A stretch of 62,242 nt of DNA, filler included, from Choristocarpus tenellus KU-1152 (lineage: Eukaryota > Protista > Phaeophyceae): NCBI GenBank assembly GCA_964200185.2. It is 10 parts of 10 records of this genome, joined end to end, with 100 filler letters (N's around TTAATTAATTAA, not from the genome) between each part and the next. Parts side by side here need not be neighbours in the genome. Positions count along the whole stretch, not along the records: positions 52,135 to 55,042 come from CAXNAD020023737.1; positions 55,143 to 58,091 come from CAXNAD020023440.1; positions 58,192 to 62,242 come from CAXNAD020016473.1; 7 more parts are not named here. The stretch is one strand, 5' to 3'. How positions within the stretch are numbered: the first letter of the stretch is position 1; each line of letters starts with the position of its first letter. Of this stretch, positions 53,379-62,242 are shown one piece after another. The notes under the pieces are model-generated. The model saw only the letters and a list, made by a program, of their open reading frames with translations, had not been told where the DNA came from and did no database searches. A program made the translations under genes and the position numbers.

Positions 53379-53849
53379 AGTAAAAAACTCCACACACATA
53401 TTTCGGGAAATATGAAAATTTATTAATTTTCGTGGCGGAACTACTTATAATTTTCAGATGCCGTCCTTCAAAATTATGTCGACGAAGTGCAAATGCCCTG
53501 AACTTAAGACTCATCCGGTTTTCATGTCCAATGCAATACAGAAATTCCTTCAATGGTGCAAATCACTTTTCACCCAATAGCCTGCTCGTTCGCAAAACAG
53601 CCGTATGATCGCTTGTTTCATCCTAGTCCCTAGCTAATCGTCCTTAACACACAACCATGCGAAACATATCAGCTGCGTACTTTACTGAAAACCATTCCCC
53701 GTACCCTCTTTCGTTCGACGCCATGTTTTCATAAACCGTACATTACATTAAGGTCTACGAGCGAAGCTTCTTTTCAAGAGACCAGAAAGAGGACCGCACA
53801 AAATTGTAGCCTTCGACTGGGCGCAATCAAAACCACCTACCTGGCCACA

Positions 53850-54949
53850 ATGGGATTTCTGTCCCAAGACTACAACGCAAGTTTGCTTGACGAGAGCAGA
53901 CTTGTGTCCATCTTTAACGATATCCCAAAGGATCACGAGGAGGCAGGGCAGCACATATGTGCTCACGATGGAAGACCGCGGACGAGATTAGGGAGTACAT
54001 GTTGGACTATGGGATTAAAGGGGATCTCTCCATCACCTCCCTTTTATAATATTACCTCGTCGGTGGATACGTTGTGAAGGACAAGTTGGGGAATCCACGG
54101 AACCCTCAAGACCCGATCAACATGTTCTACTGCCTGAATGGACAGCATCGACTAATGCTGTTAAGGATACTCAACTACGTTCAGCGGCAGTCCAAGAAGG
54201 CCCCTCCACCAACGAAGATAACTTTGCCTGACTTTGTGGATAAGGATTGGGCCTCTAAAGTAATTCATATCCTGCATAAACGCGGCTCCCACCTCATATG
54301 GCACGTCTATCCAGGATGTGACAAAGAGAAGGCGGAATCAATTTCGATCGGACAAGGCGTGACATCGAGCAATTCACACGTCCCCAACGTCGTCGATGTA
54401 TTCCCGAGGATGGTGTCATGGTTGCGGGCAATGAAGGAGTTCCGGACAGAATTCGGAAAGGTCAAGCCCCTCCCATCCACCCTGCCAGACCTTGAGAACA
54501 ACAAGGAGAACAAGAGGCGCAATGCCCTAGTGAGGGTGTGTAACCAGTACTCGCATGGCAAGTTGGATTTTTCGGATTGCGATGACGTGTTCAATGGGTT
54601 GGCGAAGAAGGTTGTGGCTGGGAAGATCGCGGCCTTCCTAAAAGAGGCATGGGTGCATACTAACCTGGAGAGTGGCCTGAATAGTGCGAGCTACGGGACG
54701 GCCAATCAGTTCTACAATGCAATAGCGATTCTGGCCCAGATATGTGCAGAGGAAGGTAAGAGCACAACCATTAATGAACTTTTCTTGGATTTGTACTATG
54801 GTCGACACGGACAACCCATGAATTATAATCCAACGATACTAATACCTCATTCGCTGACCTCATCACTCTGCCACCAGAAACCGATGAATTTGAGAAAGTC
54901 CTGTGCGGTGTGTGGCAGGATCACAAAAGGAGGAACACAAACGATGTGA
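53850..54949 (+). pseudogene. Unknown ORF pair with a ParB/Srx-like motif; fragmented or spliced
   Basis: 291-codon open frame 54074-54949 containing FYCLNGQHRL; overlapping upstream ORF 53850-54077. Confidence 0.45.
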
Positions 54950-55612
54950 GTGCGGTACAATTTCCAAGCATGTAAGTAACAACCACTCGAATATGTAAAG
55001 TGAACTATATGCGGTCGATGAAATTCGGCTGCACAGCCGTTGNNNNNNNNNNNNNNNNNNNNNNNNNNNNNNNNNNNNNNNNNNNNTTAATTAATTAANN
55101 NNNNNNNNNNNNNNNNNNNNNNNNNNNNNNNNNNNNNNNNNNGAGTCAAAATATAGTATGTATGGTCTGTATATTGGTTGTTGTCCTCTTTTCCCCACAA
55201 AAAAAAAGCCCCCCCCCCCCCCCCCCCCCCCCCCTATCTCAGTTACTTTTGACTCAGTTTCAACTCTAGAATACTAATATATGGACCGACATGATAAGAA
55301 GAAGGGCATCATGGTCCGGTACCATGCACATTCAACCAATATAATTCAGCGTTGTCACCCACTGCTGCATATCTGGAGAAGTTGCAACGCAACTCTCTCC
55401 CAGGGGAGTTGCTTGTAACAGGTTTAGATCTCAACACGAAAATGGCAACCCATGCTCATGAGAAGACACCTTGAGGTGTACTTAAATGCTTTCAACAAGC
55501 AAAGACTTGAAGTAAGCGAGAGGTAACCAGAGTTGCATTCTAAGGATGCTGAAAATTATGTGCAAAGTTTGACTTTTTTTAATAATATGCAGAGGACATT
55601 TTCTTAATTGTG

Positions 55613-55870
55613 GAGTGAGAGTATCTTAGAGGGTACGAGTTTTCCCTGTTTGTCCATTTGAGGCTTGGCTTCCCATGGGAGTTTTTAAGACATTTTCCTA
55701 ATCCAATATATTTCGGAGTACGTAAAATGTATACTTTATGGAAAAGTGTGTCCGGAACAAGGATATTGACAATTCCTAACAAACACGATAGTCAAAATTA
55801 CATCAAAATCGCAACGTTGGATTTTGATCCCCAAATGGACACGGCTCTATCCTCTAAGATATTTTGACTT
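55613..55870 (-). mobile_element. MITE family A with TSD TGTG
   Basis: tgtg|GAGTGAGAGTATCTTAGAGGG...AGATATTTTGACTT|tgtg. Confidence 0.9.
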
Positions 55871-55988
55871 TGTGTTCGAATAGTTTTAAGAAATAGAGAA
55901 ATAAACGCTCTCAAGTCAAATTTTGAACTCCCTCCATAGAAATATTGGAGAATTGCAAGAGATTGAATGTCAGACTTGAAATGCAAAA

Positions 55989-56248
55989 GAGCCAAAGTAT
56001 CTTAGAGGGTAGGGCCGCGTTCATTTGGGGGCCAAAATCCAATGTTGCGATTTTGATGTAATTTTGGATATCGTGTTTGTTAAGGAAGCGTCAATATCCT
56101 TGTTCTGGACACACCTTTTCTTAACGTACACATTTTACCTACTCTGAAACATTTTGGAGAAGGAAAATGTTGTGAAAAATCACATGTGAAGCCAAGCCCC
56201 AAATGGACAAACAGGGCAAAACTCGTACCCTCTAAGATACTTTCACTC
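55989..56248 (+). mobile_element. MITE family A with TSD AAAA
   Basis: aaaa|GAGCCAAAGTATCTTAGAGGGTA...TACCCTCTAAGATACTTTCACTC|aaaa. Confidence 0.92.
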
Positions 56249-56708
56249 AAAACGCCCAAAACCTGAGAACCTCTCGTTTACTTTGGCTCAACCCTGGATT
56301 AAGCTATGTTGTATTGCTGTTTTGGTGGCCCTCAGATGGATGTTAAAAGGCAGGCAGAACATGAAAAAAAAGTAATAGAGCAACGGGCGTTGATGGTTGA
56401 AAAACGCCAGAAGAGGGAGGAGGAGAAGCGATTAGAGGAGGAGAGAGAGGATGCCAATAGGTGAGGACAAGTCTGAAAATCGATTCACGGAATTTTTGTC
56501 TTTCTTTCGTTCCCCTCCTTAGAGATTCAGGCCACTGAAATGTCTACACATGATTATTTGCTCTAATTGAAAAGAAATTGTGCACAATCTTTTCTCTGAA
56601 GTGTGAGAATATATCATTGTGATGATCGATATTTTTCCTGCACATTCTCCCTTGAGCCACCCAATCGTCTTTAGACTGGTCAATTAATTTATTGGCTTCT
56701 AAGTTGTA

Positions 56709-58091
56709 CTCCCTCTGTTTTATTCGTCTTGGTCGTTAAGTTGTAGCTCTACGGGATGACTGACTACAAAAAGGACCTTTGGATTGGATTCATTACAATA
56801 TTTTACATTTAATAACTATGGCTTGCCTGTATTCGACACCGTCAGTCCACCAATCCAGGGCTGCCGTGGAGGCCGCTCCGTCTACTTTGACTGATCTAGC
56901 CAACCTTCCCTCCCCCTGCCTTGTTTTTGTCCCAGTGTGCTCCACCTCGAAATCGTTCCCCCCCAGCGCTCTTAACACCTGATTGCACCTCTTAAATAGA
57001 CTCTGTCCTACCCTCTCAAGAGTAGTTGCATCATACATGTGGAACATCCTTGAAACTCCCTCTTCAAGTTCATCAATAGTGCTGAAACGCACAGCCCAAA
57101 CCCTGCTCTCTTCAGAGATGCAAAAACCCTCAAAATAGTTGATGTTGAGATCCGGTGACTGCACTGGCTGCGTCATGAGCTTAATGTTCCATCCCTCCTC
57201 CATCCCTGCTGTGTTCATCTTTTCCACCATGCCCTTGCCCATATGCGGGGTCAAGCCGTCCTGCTCTATGGAGGCCCCCCAATTACAGTCACAGCATATT
57301 TTCCTTGATCACTGGCAACTCTGTGTCCACTCCAGGTACCACTCGGTGTTGACAGTGACATCGACCTTGTACTCCTCACCCTTTGTGTGCCGCGCTGTAG
57401 TCCATTGTGCCTCCTTTGTGATGCAAGCCCGCCAGATCCTAATCTTGCCGTCGAAATCATTGGAAGGAACCAAGCTCGAAACAACATAGATGAACAACAC
57501 TTTGTTAATGTGACTCTTGTGCAGCACGTTCGTCGAGCCCACCTTTTCCTCCCCCAGGGACATGCACACCATCTCTCATTCGCGGATGAGGTAGAACCAT
57601 GCCTTGTTGAAATGAATAGTGTTGAGACCAGTGCTGTAGGTTTTCCAGTTGTGGGATATCTGGTCAAGGATGAAGTCCACCCTGCTCTTCTTGTGAGAAA
57701 ACGAAAAGCTAAGGGTGACACACTGCTGAACCCTCGTTGCTCCCACAGTTTTGAGCCAGCGATGAAACTTTGAGCTGCCAACTGTAAGGCCCGCTTCGGC
57801 AAGCATGGGGGAAAGTTGGTTGATAGTCATCGTGCGATTATTGGTGTTGATTTCCCGCATTTTCGCTTGTTTTGTTGGCGTAGAGTGCGACGGCCGTCCA
57901 GATCGTCCTTGTGATTTGGGGGAGACAGTATTCCCCCTGTCTTACTTTTTTTTTATGTGCAACCATACCCATCTGGGTTTTCTCTCTCCCGCTACAAACT
58001 CTTTCACTAATTTAGACCCCACACCCCTCGGGAGCCTCTTGTGACCCGGAGGAAGAGCCAATGTGTAACACAGAGCAAGTGCGGTCTGATC
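56709..58091 (-). mobile_element. Plant/oomycete-type mariner (DD39D-like) with frameshifted transposase
   Basis: Motifs HFNKAWFY (cf. HIDEKWF), KSHINKVLF, FDGKIRIW, EQDGLTPH and QPVQSPDLN in shifting frames; terminus TA|CTCCCTCTGT at 56707-56718. Confidence 0.88.
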
Positions 58092-58191
58092 NNNNNNNNN
58101 NNNNNNNNNNNNNNNNNNNNNNNNNNNNNNNNNNNTTAATTAATTAANNNNNNNNNNNNNNNNNNNNNNNNNNNNNNNNNNNNNNNNNNNN

Positions 58192-60400
58192 ATTACTCCA
58201 TAAATAATTTACCGTAACTGTCCGATAGAGTTGGAAGAGTCTAATCGAACAACTCACCCATATCTGCAGCCAGTCATAGTTGAAGGTGTTCCCAGTAATA
58301 CTCTCACATATAGCATCCCTTCTCCAAGCTACGTACTCGTGTGGTATACCCCCTGACTTGAAGGTCATATTATTGAGGGCAAAGAGAACCAGTATTCTTC
58401 GACCAAGCTAGCTTTTGCCTGCTGGTTCCTTGCCGTCTCGATGAGTTGCCTCATTGATCGCTTTGTGATCCCATTGCTTTAGGGAGTTCACAGCAGTGAC
58501 TTCCTCTATTCGATCCCACTATTGGCCAACATTCTTTGAATCTCACTAACCATTCAAAGTCCCCAGTATCATCCTTCCTGACGCGTGTTTCACTGTCATA
58601 TTTCTAATATTTTTTCCAATGCGGGGAGCTGTTGCCTTCATTCCCGTATTCCGCGTCCTCAGGCCGTTAACCTCTTGTCCATGCTGATGACACCATTGAA
58701 TACCCGAAAGTACTTGATCCCCTTAATGCTTGCATCCAACAGACTAACCAGGTCAGTGTGTATAACTTCATTGACCTGTTTTGGACTCTGGCTTCCCTTG
58801 GGTGGCTGAGTGCTTCTCACTTGTACTTATTCCAGGTCTTGCATTATTACTCTTAGGTTACAATAACGCCAGTAATCCTCGAAAGTCCACACTCCCCCAG
58901 ATGCTTGATGGTGGATGGGTTGATGCGTCCTAGAGCGTTGTACCATTTCTCCAATATCAACTTCTCCGGCTTGTAACCGTTAGATGTACTGGCTCTAGTC
59001 TCACCTACCTGCTAATTTGTGACTGTTCCAGATAGATTAAAGAGCCCCCCAACTTCTTCTATTTATCTAAAACTAATTCTTTGAGGTGACCCAAAGTATC
59101 TGATCTGGGGGAGGGGAGGGGGTCTACATCAGAGTGTCCATTTGAACCAAAACCAGGAAAAGTGTACTTTCATTATCCATCCAACGTATGCAACCAAATC
59201 ACCCAAAACTCGCGACATGAAAAAATTGGCCCCAAATCGAGAGCCGCCAACTCCCCCAGATACTTTGAGCGAGGTCTTCAAGTAACTCTGCCTCATAAAT
59301 GAATCTGTGAAATTCCCTGCGATCTTGTTGAGGGGTTGCAATGCTCAATATGCGACAGGGCAGACTTACAAACCACAGGATGTCCAGAACCACCGCTTTG
59401 GTCGACACACGTTCCTGACCGTGGCCAATAGAACCAAATCCCATATTTCTTGGCTTCCAAATTCAAGTTCCCGCTAGTGCACATTCGATTGGTTGCCCAA
59501 GTGGTTACCAAGTCTTCATGGTGAGGTGTGAAGTGGGATGACTATTTCTGAGAGTCACAATTCATGTCAAATTTTCTGCTGCGTGAGGAGCCCTCGCTGT
59601 TATCCCCAAATATTTCGTCCGCTTTCACCTTGAACACAGAGGAGTACACCTAATATCTGTTGCACCTGTTGTGCCGTTGCACCCGCCTTGATCGAGTGCT
59701 GTTGATCCTGTAGACCCCTCATTTTATTCCATGTGGGCGCTCTGGGGATGGATTGCGAGCCAAATTATGAGCGGCACTCTTGCCAACAGCGATTGCTTTT
59801 GAGGCAGTATGCAAATTGATTGCGCTTGGGTCCGTTTCTAACTGTCCCCCGGAGTTGCCTATGTTTCTATCCCTTGTAGGCACTGTGCAGAGCCACTACC
59901 CCATCTTTCTCATCTTGGTCTGAACGTAGGTATGTAAGGTAATCAAGGAGATTATTGCTCAAATCACTCTTGAGGCTGGTATCAGGTCGTGTGTTCAGCT
60001 ACACAAGTGCACATCGTATGTTGTCCTCGACGACAAGTAGAGTTGATACCCTTTCATGTAGTCTGACTTGTCTATCTCTTCAATTGCTCAAAATTGACGA
60101 AAATCGCATAATCAAGCTTTATGATGAAGCTGGTGCTGTCCTGAGATCCTGAGCACCATAGTTCTCAGTGGCATGCCTCCAGCAATGTTAGTGGTACAGG
60201 GACCTTGTCCTCCACGTAGTGTCCCTAGACCCGTTTCTATTCCAACTATGCCTCCCTGCCGTTTGTATTGTCCTTGATCCACAGCTTTGAACAAGTCAAC
60301 CCGTAAAACAGCCAATTCTAGCAAATGATATCAGCACGAAGTGGCAAGACGAGAAAGTCCAAGCGATGTTTTTAGGAGAGGGGCATCCCACCCATGATGC
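58192..60400 (-). pseudogene. Possible highly decayed LINE-like sequence
   Basis: Only weak RT-like relics (KSALSHIEH, IKYFRV) among many stops. Confidence 0.3.
59088..59271 (+). mobile_element. MITE family B with TSD AGGT
   Basis: aggt|GACCCAAAGTATCTG...CAGATACTTTGAGCG|aggt. Confidence 0.92.
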
Positions 60401-60559
60401 CAAAACATATAATCAGCAAATATATTGGACACATATATGAAGGCATTTGGAAGTAAAGAACTCAAGTCAATGCACAGGCACCTACAGTCGACCTTTCCTT
60501 GTATGTGCGTTGTGTATGTCTTGGGTCCACCAGATATGGCTGTGCGAAGCTCAAGGCTT

Positions 60560-60817
60560 GAGTCAAAGTATCTTAGAGGGTAGAGCCGCGTTCGTTTGGG
60601 GTCCAAAATCCTATGTTGCGATTTTGATGTAATTTTGGCTATCTTTTTTGTTAGGAAGTGTCAATACCCTTGTTCCAAACACAACTTTTTATAACGTATA
60701 CATTTTACCTACCCTGAAACATTTAGGAGTAGGTAAAACGTCATTAAAAAACGTGGGAAACCAAGCCCCAAACGAACAAATAGGGCAAACTTCCGATCCT
60801 ATAAGATATTTTCACTC
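60560..60817 (+). mobile_element. MITE family A
   Basis: GAGTCAAAGTATCTTAGAGGGTA...AAGATATTTTCACTC. Confidence 0.9.
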
Positions 60818-62242
60818 CTTTGGTATTTCCACTTCTTAATATTGTACAGGCCCTTTTCTCCAGTGCGACCAACAACTGATCCTCCATGTTTTCCAGGACC
60901 CCAACAAATGCCTTGCTGCACCCATCCATGTAGGTAGGTTCTCCAGAACACTCTCCAACAATCGCAGGCTAATAATAACTTGTCCAGATTTTCGTGGCAC
61001 AGTGCTATTTGTGGAGTAGTGAAGACTGGATCGGGATAGAAGTTAAGAAGGGAGGAGAAAGGAGCCCAACATAATCCCCTTTGCTTCAGCACAAATCAGA
61101 GTCCCAGAAGGGGTGGTATATGCAAATAGAGCAAAAGAGTTACACCGGTTACACCAACCATACGAAATTGTATTCCAGGTATGTTGCCCTTCCATTATTA
61201 CATACAATAGAATTCCTTGATGAACCGTACCTCTCAAAGGTACTACTGGAATTTGTTAGTAGTGCATATCAAAAATAGAAAAGTGGAGTATACGAGCATA
61301 TTATATGGCAGGAATTATGCCTTCCTTACGGAGAGACAAATGGTATATCTACAAGTACAGTTTGTATTGCATGCACAATTTCTCTCCACACATGCTCTCG
61401 TGGACGAGTTTGACGAAATTGAAAGGCAGCACTCCCCCCATTTTCTAGTAGCAATTCAGCAGTCACCTTCACACATTGTGGTTCCACCTACAAAAGAAGG
61501 TATTTATATTGTGTGGAGACTTGCTTCAGATATAACATATCCATACCCTGTCTGATCTAGGAAGAGCTTCCCGCTTGTTCCAAAACAATGCTGCTGCTAT
61601 TTCCTGGGACCATGCACTCCTAATGGGAAAAAATTCCCCACTTCCCCAAACGATTAAGTGGGCTGCGGGTGTGACTATGTGATTTTTACGACTAATGGGA
61701 AAAGAGGAATATGAATTATACCTTCAACTGTTTCGTTCATGGTCATACCATGCTGAGTCCTCAAACATTGTAATTTACTTCCAAACGTGTACAATACAGG
61801 ATACATGTTATTTTGTGTGTAAGGGTGACAAATTGTTTTATTGTGTATAGAGTACACGATTTACTAAAAGTATAATTGTTACAGGCGAATAGCATGTCTG
61901 CCTTTTCGCACTGAAAAGTTTTGCTATGGTTTATAGATTTTTATGTTATTGCTAGATATTTTGTTTGTATGTTCATAGTTCCTAGAGAAGGTGTAAGCCT
62001 TTCCATGGCAGCACCCTACCTCTATGCGACTGTGAGGCATTTGTGTGGGTATCCTATAGTTGTTTGTGTTTAGTTCTGAGGGGGGAGAGTCTATGACAGT
62101 GCTATTGTAATTTTGCATCCATATCCATTTGTGTTGATATTTGTGAGGGGGGAGAGTCTTACTATGAAACTCCCTATTTTTCTGAGTCCTTTGTATGTTC
62201 TTTGTTTATTGGTTGAGCAAGCCTTTATATGGCAGGACCTTG

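Larger units (their letters stand above)
55504..56289 (+). mobile_element. MITE family C carrying two nested family A copies
   Basis: Left GACTTGAAGTAAGCGAGAGG pairs with right CCTCTCGTTTACTTTGGCTC. Confidence 0.75.

Noticed and set aside
60830-62242. Possible retroelement integrase/RNase H relic
   Set aside because: No convincing motif in any frame.

Overview
Eukaryotic nuclear DNA from a photosynthetic ochrophyte, most likely a brown alga or close relative (inferred from intron-rich genes, a bipartite signal+AF-VP plastid presequence and Ectocarpus-like gene and TE families). The window is 10 contigs joined by nine artificial 100-bp linkers (N44-TTAATTAATTAA-N44), so adjacency across linkers means nothing. 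Six spliced host genes were reconstructed by hand: a Pmp/adhesin-like gene with one GGA(I/V)...FxxN repeat per 78-81 bp exon, an mTERF gene divergent from a YciI-domain gene, a Chibby-like gene divergent from a CEP57-like gene, and a plastid-targeted cofactor-dependent phosphoglycerate mutase with a GC-AG intron. The rest is mostly mobile DNA: a decayed Ty1/copia with its 3' LTR, a TRIM-like tandem, a Sola2-like transposase relic, three MITE families sharing GAGCCAAAGTA termini (some nested), pogo and DD39D mariner relics, and 3' tails of a REL-type non-LTR element. The best candidates for new biology are the modular repeat-per-exon Pmp gene, the shared-terminus MITE/Sola2 system, and an orphan ParB/Srx-like ORF preceded by repeated palindromes. 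All family assignments come from motif recognition; no searches were run.
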